Shown here in pieces: positions 42,096 to 53,600 of a stretch of DNA of 64,000 nt. Both the position numbers and the translations under genes were made by a program. Each line of letters begins with the position of its first letter. Position 1 is the stretch's first letter. Source of the stretch: Tubiluchus corallicola (lineage: Eukaryota > Animalia > Priapulida); NCBI GenBank assembly GCA_030141605.1, contig JAQGDQ010000192.1:124001-188000 (forward strand), in the 5' to 3' direction. A model generated the notes under the pieces. That model saw only the letters and a list, made by a program, of their open reading frames with translations. It did no database searches and had not been told where the DNA came from.

Positions 42096-44084
42096 GGATA
42101 GAATGAGTATAACTGACACCGGGTCACGCAGTAGCCAGCGGTTCACCTTGGGAGTCCCAGAGTTTTTAAACATTGTGGAATATTTCTATTTTTACTTTTA
42201 TGCAAATTACTGTTACATAAGAAAAAAACCTTTATTTTTGAATCGCTTAAATAGTTTAATCATCTTTTTTAAAACCGATTTTCTTAAAAGATGTTAAGCT
42301 CTTCAGTAAGTTTTGAATACAAAATTCTATGGACAATGTTCCTGCGATAAAATTAAGCCTCACAGTTGTAAATAAATGCATATTTTATGTTGCTTGTAAT
42401 GTTCTTTGAGCTAAGTAATTTAAGCAGCTAATTATCACGAACATTTACTTTTCAGTGTTCGTGAATAGTCATAGCATCAGCCCTCAGAGAAACCAAACAA
42501 AGATTTAATACTGTGTTCAAAAATTGGAAGGAATTTGTGCGACTTAAAGCAAACGGCTTTGGAATAAGTTCACATTACTAGCATGTCGATAAAAAGAGCT
42601 TTACTTGCTTATATTATTTACGATGATAATCGACTTTAAATAAAAGTTATTTTATCTTATCTTATTTTAAGTTACTTTTGTTAATTAGACATAATTGTTT
42701 GTTACATAAATTACTTTTGCTAATTAGGCTTATTTGTTTCTTACAGATCAACATATCACTGTTAAACTTTCAAGTAAATCCTTCAAGTAAAATGATCCTT
42801 ATGTAATTTTTAATCAACAATTTGGATAAATAAAAAGTAAAAGATGAAAATAAATAAAAGCAAATTTTAAATAAAACAGGTACAAGCTGTGGCAGTCTGA
42901 TTTAGTGAGAAAACCTGATCAAGCTGTTCTAATGCCATTATTAACGTTTTTCAATTTTCAATCACAATTATCAACCTTTTTCGAGTTTTTACGACAAAGA
43001 ATTGCGTGACTAGACGAAAAATTCAAAACAAAGCGAGCTAACAATTGCATTTGTTAGAATTCATACTTTGCACAGGAATTAATAAAGCTCCTCGCAATTC
43101 TTTATCATTTTATGAATGTTTTTACTTGTACGTCTTAAGTGATAAAGCTTAAAAATACGTCTTGAAATTTTATGTCACTTACCCACTGCGTTTTTACATA
43201 CAGAACTTCAATCGGCAGTCACGCTGTATAAGACATGTAAATTTAAACTCCCGCGATGACCGTTAGACGCAGCCATTTTGGCGACAGGTCATTTGAAACA
43301 AGTTTAGATAACATTGTGTAAACTTTGAAAAAATGACCACAGCATTCGTAGCGCACACGTCACAAATTGAGCAAAATTTTAAATTACTGTATCTTGTCAA
43401 TAAGACTGCGGGAGATTTAAAATGAAGACGAATAAAAATTCCTTTCAATGTGAGGACCATAAATGCATAAAATTGCTATAAAGTAATATATATTTTTAAG
43501 GCGATTTTTCTGAAACCTATTTCAGGTGCTCTTTTCTTCGTCTTTAAACCTTTATTTTATAACATAATACTTTTATATTTATATTTATATTTTTTGTATT
43601 TATAGTTTTAAAAACATATAAACCTAAATTGGTATGTGCTGCCATCTGTGCAGCACATTTGCAGTAAAAAGATGTGGGCAAATCATAACTCCAGTCAAAA
43701 CTTGATGAGGAGAAAGCTAAAGCCAAAATTAGGGTTTTTTTTAATAAAGAAAAAATATCAGGACTAATGGGTAACATACTTTTTATAACAAAAGATTTGG
43801 ACAGTGCAAAAGTTCTGACATTCGCACTCATAGAAGTTCTATATTCGTCGTATCGGTACAAAATTATATTGCGGCGCACTCTGGCGGTGGTAGGGTGAAG
43901 CAGCAGTTGGCTAAGATAAACAGGGGCACATGTATGTTACGACTATGAAGAAACACCATTTATTTTCTCCCCGATCCCCGCGTCGTGATGATTCAATTCA
44001 TTACGAAATCATTGCATATCACTATTGGATACCGGGTATAAAACTGCTGATATGAAATAGCCTCGTCAGTTCACTAGCAATACC

Positions 44085-44285
44085 AATACCATTACTACTA
44101 CCACTGCCACTACCGTTAGCACCACTATCAGTGCTGACACTGCTACTGCTGCTGATACCATTGGAACCAGAAACATTACTAACAACACCACCCGCCACTA
44201 ATTATTGCTAGCACTACCTCTACTGATTTTACTGCAGTTACAGACGACAACGACGACGATGATATTGATGAAGATGATGATGAGA
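44085..44285. repeat. degenerate compound trinucleotide tract (CCA/CTA/CTG/GAC/GAT)
   Basis: Directly visible low-complexity runs. Confidence 0.75.
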
Positions 44286-44321
44286 GCGAAGAACGTACCT
44301 ATTTTTACTGTTTTATTTGTT

Positions 44322-44474
44322 GCGCAACTTCTCTCTGCCAGTAAAGTTGCAAGGTGTGAACGGTTTGACAACTTCTCTCGCAGCTTGTTGTAACGTGTGA
44401 ATGGCTTGGTAACATCTCTCAGAGAGAAGCTGCTCAACAAGTTGCGAGAGAAGTCTCTACGTCTGAACGCGCCA
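44322..44474. mobile_element. palindromic MITE-like remnant, possibly PIF/Harbinger-derived
   Basis: Internal hairpin acttctctcgcagcttgttg / caacaagttgcgagagaagt, repeated gtgtgaa units, terminus 'cgtctgaacgcgcc' resembling GGCGCGTTCA(C/G)AC-type TIRs. Confidence 0.45.
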
Positions 44475-47388
44475 AGAGTTTAATAAATACCTGTGTGTGA
44501 GCGCGTGTTAATGTATTCATTATAAATTGCGTTGCGCATTGATTGGAACATTGAGTTGTCAGTTCAATTGTGTTTTAATTATTAAACAACAAAGAAAAAC
44601 AAGATATAAACGAAAAGGTGGTAAACATTGTATTATTGTAATTATATAGTCATATTCGCGACAAAATTTGAAAAACTTATTTTTAACCAGGTCGCTAAAT
44701 TATATATTCTTATTATAAATCGCACTGGTTCTCAGTCTACACAGTAATTCAGTTCACGGTTTACAGTCATCCGCTTTTGCACGTCGATGTATTCGTTTAC
44801 TTTTCAGTAGCATTTATGCTAAATATACATAATCACACAAATTATGAATTCTACTCGAATCTTCGTTTTTATTTTTCTGAAACAATTGCAGCACAAGTTT
44901 ATGAATGTCGACATTTAATCAGTTTAATGTCAATGCATTGGTCTGATTTTGCTTGTAATACATGTAACGTATATCCTAAGGCATGCGGTTAATAGTATTA
45001 CATCATAATAAGGACTGGGCATTACACACAGGCTCATAATATCATGCCGATACATAAGGACTATATATAAACTAGGCTTTATTGTACCGCCGAGTAGCGT
45101 CAAAACATCTAAAGTCATGAATTCAACGCAAATAGAAAATATGAGCTATGTGTATGATGTCAGTGGCACATTATGACGTCAACGCATGTGGCCTATTTAC
45201 TGGAAGTACACAACTTTAAATCGCCAGGAGCGACAACAGTAACATTTGTATAGTATACTAGGAACGCTTTGAACGAATTTCTTTTCCATGTTCATTACTA
45301 ACCAAGCCTTTAAAATATGGATAACTGTGACTATTGCCTCTACAAACTCTGTTATAGTCTCTATGATACGGAGATACATAATAACAGAGTTGTCACAGGT
45401 TCCGATGATTATTATAGGGCGGACTACCTACTACTAGTAGTTCCTAGTGTTCATAACAATGGCGCAAAATTAGTCTACTACCTAATTTACTTAAAAATTT
45501 CTGACTCATGCAAACTACACCAAATATTTGTACTACGCTTTAAACTGACTCATATTGGCTCATATTGTCTGTTTGCATATTATTATTATGATGATGATGA
45601 TGAATGTGCACAGCACTATTAATTTGGATAAAATTTCTGTATTTTCGCTCGCTCTTGTCTGCCTAGTTGCACAATCTTATACAATTTTCTATAATTTAGT
45701 TGTCAGTAGGTCAGAGACAGAACAGAGTAATGATGAAAATCTGCAACGTTTTCTTCACGTTGACAGCCTGCAGTCCGATATGTGCTTTGCTTCTTTTCAC
45801 TGGACTTCATGGGGTGAGACATCTGAAAAGTAAATTGCACAAATGACATTTCTGACATAATGTAAAGAACACGTGGGTACTAATAAAATGATGTTTCGTC
45901 CATTACTGTCATGCTGTACAAATTTTGTTACCACGGAGAATGAGTAGTATAAGGGCCTATCTGTTAACAAAAATTGTTAACAAAAACATGTTTGTATATG
46001 TACGATGACGACGAATTAAAGTCGGTTTTAAATTCAACAGACAATACAAGCCTGCCATGATGTTTTTATCGCCGACTGTAAATGACAAACTAGAACTACG
46101 AAACAGATATCACTATTACCCCACTTTTACCCTAAATACCACGTGTCAGGTACGGCAACGAAGTCTTTGTGTCGAACTAACGATCTACCAGACGTAAAAC
46201 GGACTCGCTACTATGAGACTATACCGTCTGGTCGATAACAGACCAAAATCTTCGCTCTGGTGACTGAGTTTGGAATCTACCAAGGTGGAAAGGCCAAGCT
46301 GAAAACCTCGCTACCTTACTTGATAACCGGGAAAGACGATGTGATACGATTATTATACATATAGAGTAGACAGTTTCGAAAGAGTTCTATAAAAGCAGCT
46401 GCTGTGTAAATAATAATAAAAAAGCAACAAAAAACGTTATAGCTAAGTTTACATTTTATTTCATCACATATTTCCTTTTTGAATCAGTGCAATGCTAGAA
46501 ATTCATTTGTCAGAGAGTAAGTCTGTTCCCCACCGCCCACAGCTTGGTAATAAGCAACAATTTCTTTATAGACTCTGTAAACTAAACCTCATTAGGGGCG
46601 AGTATGAAAGCCAAAATTACTGTACTGATTCGCTCGAGCAATTTTATATACCTGCCTGAAAAACTAATTCATACAATTTTCCTGAGCAAAAAATCTTTTG
46701 TTCTGCAATTGGCTTCATTTGGACTAAAGTGTTGTTGATATATTTCAGTCACGTGACCCAGCACTTGAAAGCAAAGCCACATTTGTCATTGAATTAATAT
46801 TTCGAATCCTTAACAGCCAGCGTTTGTTAGTTTCTAAAAACCAGTGATGTTCGTTTACCCAATGAAACATAAGATATGGACAGCAACAGTTTATCTTGAT
46901 TCATACGATCATTTCAGCTACAAGCTGCAGTCGTCCGTAGGTGTGCAACACGAGAATTTCGTGCAAACTACTATTCATTTATTACACTGTGTTTTCCAAT
47001 GTTGTATAATTTTAATACAAGGTCAAAATTGCTACAGGTTGTGGCTGAAATGTTTATGCGACTTTACTGTGTATATCTTTTTCATTGGTTAAATTAAAAC
47101 ACGCTAAATTAAAATAGATGCTTGTTTGATCTAGGTGACATGTAAACGATTATTGTATTTTGAAATCATTGTGCTTAGGTAATGATTATCAATGAGCCTT
47201 TTCGCAGTTCCAGCGATTGATGATGATCATGAAAAGGTCAAGAGTTAAGGGAACCAGACACTTGTGCGCACTTGACAACGCCTCGCAGCTCACGCTTTGG
47301 TAATAGTATCAGTTTTAACCGCTAGCTAAAACCTTAACTAGTTTATTTTTTATTTTTCCCAAGCAAGATTCTGCTAGTAAATCTTTCT

Positions 47389-48319
47389 ACATCACACGAC
47401 TAATGCATAATTAAGTAAAATCCAAGTAAAACAAAATGGCGGCGCAACTGAAGTTACTGAACTGATGCGGCAGACGGCTTTGCTTTACCTACATGTCATG
47501 TGACCGTTGCAGTTAAGACGCGTTGCTGGAATTCACAACCGCCGATCTACAGCAACTGCACGTGCGCATAGCGAAACTATAAAAATGCTTGATAAGTTTG
47601 ATTTTCACAGCCTTTGTCGTGATGAAAACATTTTGATGTGGCAAACGGTACAGCAGTTTTTTTTAATAAGGCCTTCTCAGGTAGGACTAAGCCTGGTTTC
47701 AAAATCGACATATATTCTGTCACTTTTCTGTTGACCTTGGCTGTTATGCCATTCTTGAATTCAACTCTTCATTGATGGCATTTCCGACCACTGCGCACAT
47801 ATTCGACAAGATACTCGCTACTGTAACAGCTTGAACGAGACAGTATTTTAATTGTGTCCACAAACTTTCTAACGGGTTAAAATTTGAACGTAATTTCACG
47901 ACATCTGGACGTGACACTCGCAGACTGCTTTCGTAAGTCCTTAACGGTTTATTTAATTCTATTTTATTAATGTCGTGCGCAAGATAGATCACAAGTATCG
48001 ACTATTATCACTGGAAGCTTGCTGTGCACAAGATTCCTCATTCAGACCGAGTTCAAGCAACCGAACGAGATTTTAAATCAATTGAAAATAATTTTGTATC
48101 TGTAAAAACAGTTTTTCTGTTCAATATTGATGAACACCGTGGTAAATAATACAGTTCAGTTTTTCCCACTAACTCTAGTGAAAAAATTCTATCTATTCAA
48201 TGTCTGCTTACTTCAACTCACCGTAATTCAGCAATATAGCAGAAACGTTACAATTTTTAATAACGATGTTTTCAAAGTTAGTTGTGGCGCTTGCCCTCTT
48301 TTATTGTTAAGTTAAGGTT

Positions 48320-48402
<83 letters not shown>

Positions 48403-49865
48403 GCAGTTTTAGAAGATAGCCGAGACTAGTGTATCACGTTTAATGTAAAATAATCAAAAAGTCAAAAACTCGTACTTTCTGCCGTCAACTCCCAACCTTT
48501 ATCTACTATTAGTGCTATCCACTAATCAATATCGAGAGTGCCTATAGTTTCCACTTAGTGTCATCTTAAAACTGACAAAAGAATCTAAGGAACGCACAGT
48601 AACCGCTAAGCCAAGACATCGAGAAACGATGTCATTGCAACGAGGAACAATGCATGGATAAGTATGGATCAGAGAACCAGCTGGCCGAGGGATAATGACA
48701 GTGACCCCTTATTAACAAAATATGTTGTTCTTAAAAATATTCCGTTGTTTTTTTGTACTTCTGAATGTCTCTAGTACTCTTGTTCCCGTAATGCAACCTT
48801 GTGAGTTTATAGTTAATAACTGAACTTTGACAAGTGACAACTGCTAGCGTTTTTTTAGTATATTGTTTTGACGAGATAACACAAAATGCTGCTGTGTTAT
48901 GATAAATTATAAACATCATTCAAATTTGTTTTGTAAAAAGGAAAATTATGGTAAGAAGAAAAAACGGATAATACAGTAAAAGATCCAGAAGGGTATGATA
49001 CAATTACAACATACTCTCAGGGGTGAATGCGTGAAACAGTAAAACATGTTTCATTGTAACGTTGAGGGAAATTATATTTTAAATGTGACTGTGCCGACTG
49101 GTGTCAATAAACACCCACTCGAATAAAATGAATGAAGTTTTGTTCTAAAAGTTTGTATTGCTGTACGGTTGGGACTTGACATTTGTCTCAAATGCCTTTC
49201 GTTTTTGGTTTTTACAGACATATTTTGTGTGTCTGGTGATGCGTCGCGCTTAAAAAAGGACGCACGCCCTAACATCAGACAAAGTGTGGTTCCAGGACGA
49301 AGAACACGCAAATGTGATTTATTTTCTGTTAGTAAGTGACATTCAAAGACGAAACATAGGAAAAGAAAAAGTTACGAGTGTCTGGCTGAAAAGTGGTTGC
49401 AGCGGAGAAATAAAAGAGGCAGTTGCAGCCAATCATCTCAAGAATTACGAGCTAAAGCGCCGCGTGATTTGTTAAACTATATTTCGAAAATTTAACGGCA
49501 TCGGCGATGACTATTCATTACAAGAAGTGGGTCTGTACAGTTAAAGACCAACAAAAACATAAGCGAGGCGATATCTCCAACTGCCTGATGGCTACCAATG
49601 TACTGGTGCCTGTGCGATGGTGAATGGTACAGGAAAACGAAACAACGTGTTTGCTAAGGTTCATAATAAACCTTTTCACTGTCTCGATGTGCGTACGCGC
49701 AGTTACTGCAGGTCAAAGGTTAAGTGCACCACAGAACGCGTCTTAACTGCAATCGTCACTTGATATGTGTGTAAAATAAAGCTGTTTGCTGCGTTCAGTT
49801 CAGTAGCTTCAGTTGTTTACGTACACTTTAGTTAAATGTTCATTAGTCTGTGGGTAGAGTGATGT
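47389..49865. mobile_element. ~2.5-kb segment bounded by ~180-bp diverged inverted repeats, possible decayed Tc1/mariner-group transposon
   Basis: 47444-47527 (caactgaagttactgaactga...gtgaccgttgcagttaagacgcgtt) matches the reverse complement of 49733-49817, with weaker flanking matches. Internal minus-strand NFNPLESLWTQLK resembles the Tc1 'LNPIE.LW..LK' motif. Confidence 0.5.
48322..48402. repeat. (CAT)n microsatellite
   Basis: Directly visible. Confidence 0.98.
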
Positions 49866-51499
49866 TGCCCAACTTTATCTGAGGGAAGGTTTTCTTCAGA
49901 TTCTCTACAAAAAGCTAAAGTGCATCTCAGCTATCTGATAAATCCATACGTATATCTGTTGGTCACTTCATCCACCCACCCATCTGCTTTATTGTTTTCC
50001 TACTCGTCTGGGGCAGTGTAGGAATGTAGGAGTGCAGGTCTCACATCACAAAATTCCGTTTACTTGTTTAAATGATACTGGTTACAAAAATATTTTTTAA
50101 GCTAATGTTCATAAACATTGGCTAGTTCTTTGCATAAGCACCAAGAATGAAATTAGTTGACAGAATGAGGTCATTTATTAAAATGACAATACATTCAATA
50201 TAGCAAGGCAAAAAGGGTGGGGCACACCCAAATATCGCCTCACCCAATACGTGACTATACTAATCACAGTATTGCTTGAGTCTATGATTACAAACGTAAT
50301 AAAGCATTGTTTGCAATACTACGATACATTACAAAATTATACCAAGCGTCTAATAAAGCAGTTTCAACAATATACAGCGGTACATTATATATAAAAATTC
50401 CACATTACAGAAAAACATTGCAATGTTGAAAGTACCTAAACCTAAAGTTCACACAAAAATTACATTCCTACTTTAGTAATGGGTGGCGAGAGGGTGGCTT
50501 TTCACATCCAGCGATAGCAGGCAAATGGGTGATTTTCGACAAGATGGCGGATGTCATCTGTTCATTGGTCGGCTAGAAACAATGCTCACGAACATTCCTT
50601 ACAAAAACTCATTTATTGCTATTCTATCAATAAATTTACCTTATTTTCTATTTTCGTTAATTGTTACGGCATGTGTGACGTGTTCTTATCTGTGGCTAAC
50701 ATTTTAATGTTTGGTCTTACTAAGATTTCCCTTATTATTTAAGCGGGCTCACCACGAGGTAGAAGTTACGTAATGTGGGATTTTCTTTGTTCACATGGTT
50801 ATCATCACTGATGCTCATTTAATAAACGTTTGTTTTAGTATTCACTAATTATTAAACTGTTGTGGCTGTATCTTGCAAACGTTACAGCATGAATATAAAT
50901 CAAAGGAGAGAAATAAAGTGTACCCTTTCAAACAGCTGATAGTTTCATTCGGACTCTGGCAAGACCAGACTCAAGCCAGACGGAAGAAGACCCGCATATG
51001 CAACAGAAAAAAACCTGAACCCAATACAACAATTAGGTCGAACTCAGACGGAACAAGACCCAACCAGAAGCCGCGACCAACACTATGTAAGCCTATTACA
51101 TAATAAATCTTTTTTTGGTACATAATGTTGTCTTAATATAATGACCCCCAAATTTGTTACATAATAACACAAAATTTCTTAAATAATGACGAATTTTGTG
51201 ATTTTGTACCTAATGCTGCATTTTTTGCTGCACAAGGTGTTATTGTTACTTAGCGACCCTTTTGATAAATTATAATGAGCCTTATCTGCTTTCAAACATT
51301 GTAGCACGAGCTGAGCCGTAAACCTCCAAGTTTTTGGAAAAAAACTGTGGAATTCGGTAGTTTGGGGCAACAATGTTAGCTATATTTCTATTGTGTACTA
51401 TGCCACAAAAGACAATTATATCGAAGATATGTTTCAAAGCTTGACCTTGTATTGCTATAATCTTTAAATGCCCCGAAAAAATTACTTACTTTTGACTTT

Positions 51500-51974
51500 T
51501 CACCGGGATATCCTTTTCCCTAGACCAAAGCCAAAACTCTTGGTGTCTAATCGTTTTTCTTCTTCTAATGTTGAATCACGCTTGCCCAAGCCAAAACCAA
51601 AACTTCTATAATCGATCCGCTTGTCTATGTTGTCCATAAGTTGATGTTCTAAGTCAGAGTTAAAATCATCATTGTCATGTTTCCCTAACCCAAATCCAAA
51701 GCTGTTACGGTCCATCCGTTTTCCTAATCCAAATCCGAAACTGTTATGGTCCATTCGTTTTCCTAGTCCAAATCCAAAGCTGTTACGATCCATTCGTTTT
51801 CCTAATCCGAATCCAAAACTATTATGGTCCATTCGCTTTCCTAATCCAAATCCAAAGCTGTTGCGGTCCATTCGTTTTCCTAATCCAAACCCAAAACTGT
51901 TGCGGTCTAACCGTTTGCCTAACCCAAATCCGAAACTGTGACGGTCTAGTCGTCTGTCTCTATCAAGCTCGAAC
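51500..51974 (-). CDS. AstA: FGLamide precursor last coding exon (9 peptides; 39-nt tandem repeats)
   Basis: Acceptor tttttcatttag|G TTC GAG. Extends track ORF 51500..51871 by 34 codons (FELDRDRRLDRHSFGFGLGKRLDRNSFGFGLGKR). Stop TGA after KRISR. Confidence 0.92.
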
Positions 51975-53055
51975 CTAAATGAAAAATACTCGTACTAACT
52001 GGATAAATGTTTGTCTTGGACATCTTGAAAACAGTAATGCTAAATCCTAATTTACGCAGCTCTCTAGCAACAATGAAATGACAGCCGCCATCTAGGTTTC
52101 AGTAATCTAATTATCGTGTAACTGTTTTGTCCATGCTTTTCCACCGTAATAATAATCGAAAGTAAGCCTTAATCACAGAAATAACGTTAGATGTAGTTCT
52201 ATGAAACAACATTACTTTCTTGAACGAGCATTCCTGGAACAAGCACAAGTGCAACAAGCAAGAATAATTGCGGTAAATCAGTGGCCGCCTTTGAATGCCT
52301 TACGACCCTATATCCATATAGTTCACGTTATGCTTTTAAATTTACAACGAAATGAATTTGAAAAGCAAAATAAAAAACTAGAAATATACCTGTTAAGATC
52401 ATCTCGTTTTCCTAATCCAAATGAAAAGCTTTTTATATCAACTCTTTTGTCTGCATTTGCTAAAGATGGCTCTTCTACATCGTATTCATTTAACATTTCT
52501 CGTTTACCTGTAAAATATTATTGTTTCTTTTCTTATCTGTTTACGTAGGATGCTGGTTTTATAATCGTTTACGATAATAATAATTACATCATTCGAAATA
52601 CTTAAAACATTAGAATGCTGTCCCGAGACTTGTCATCTTTAATACATGAATAATTGAATATAAAGTTGCCCTTTTTAATCTCAAAAGAATTTTTTCTGTT
52701 CATGAGATTTTGCCCTAACGGGCTTGTCAATTAAAGAGAGACAAATTTTGAGAAAACTCTGGGTACTGTAAACTGATTAGATCATGCTTTTAATTTCTTC
52801 CAATTTTAAAAATTGCAAACAATTTTAGTACTCATCAGTTTTACAATTATGTGACTGCGAACATTCTTGAGCTCACCCCAAAAATCAATAAAAGCCTGAC
52901 GTGCACAATCACGAAAAATACGCACCCAGTCCAAATGCAAAACTGTGGGGATCCGGTCGTTTTTCGGTCAGAATTTCATCTTCGGCCAAAGATATTGAGA
53001 AAAGCAAAACTATTGTGAGCAAAGTGATGTGTCCCAGTTCCTTTGCAAACGTCAT
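51500..53055 (-). CDS. AstA: allatostatin-A/buccalin-family (FGLamide) neuropeptide precursor, join(53055..52926,52507..52390,51974..51500), 240 aa, 11 amidated decapeptides
   Basis: Signal peptide MTFAKELGHITLLTIVLLFSISLA. Peptides flanked by KR/RR with an amide-donor Gly: PDPHSFAFGL, VDIKSFSFGL, LDRHSFGFGL, LDRNSFGFGL, MDRNSFGFGL x3, MDHNSFGFGL x2, IDYRSFGFGL, LDTKSFGFGL; acidic spacers. GT-AG introns with consistent phases (1 then 2); 130+118+475=723 nt. The C-terminal F-x-F-G-L-amide is the AST-A motif. Confidence 0.9.
52390..52507 (-). CDS. AstA: FGLamide precursor coding exon 2 (118 nt)
   Basis: ttttacag|GT AAA CGA ... AAC AG|gtatat; encodes (G)KREMLNEYDVEEPSLANADKRVDIKSFSFGLGKRDDLN(R). 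Confidence 0.9.
52926..53055 (-). CDS. AstA: FGLamide precursor coding exon 1 (signal peptide plus first peptide)
   Basis: catacag|GC ATG (acceptor 2 nt before the ATG implies an upstream non-coding exon); MTFAKELGHITLLTIVLLFSISLAEDEILTEKRPDPHSFAFGL G|gtgcgt. Confidence 0.9.
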
Positions 53056-53149
53056 GCCTGTATGAACAATGGAAAGAACAATGGAAAATTACAATGTGTC
53101 AATGTGTAAATTAATTCAATTAATTCAAAAATTGCAAATAAATGAGCAA

Positions 53150-53600
53150 CATCGTCATCTGCTTAAATTAGACAAAACAAAAGGCATAAAAATTGAGAAA
53201 TGGTGAAAACTTTGGGTGAAAGAGGGCGTAGAGGTCGAAATCTAAATGAATTATAACTATTTGAGCTGCACTGAAAAAAATCCTAAATTTCTCAGTGAAA
53301 AATTGAACTCGAGCGTACGAATGATGACAATTGAATACCTCAGATGTTCTCTCTTAATATAACAAAATCAGAATTAATAACATGAGTTGAACTGGAATGT
53401 GCACAATTTCCATTAACGGCAAATATGTCGCTACCTAGTACAATAGATTGTTTGCATATTGTCATTGCTGTCATTATATGTTACAGGAATAGAAAAGGAT
53501 CCAAAATCGACCCTTGTAGAGCCCTCGCCTCTGGAAAATCGTTTAAGTATGATGGTGTACTGTCGATAACAACTTTCTCGGGCTTTAGTTTTCTAATATG
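53150..53600 (-). mobile_element. decayed CR1-like LINE RT fragment just upstream of the first coding exon of the neuropeptide gene
   Basis: Minus strand PEKVVIDSTPS...ALQGSILDPFLFL*HI matches 'Q.VVIDG..S......GVPQGSILGPLLFL.YI'. Confidence 0.55.

Noticed and set aside
51672-51941. Plus-strand PNPNPKLL-repeat ORF (and 52201..52548)
   Set aside because: Antisense shadow of the GFGLGKR repeats; the minus strand has the signal peptide, cleavage sites and splice signals.
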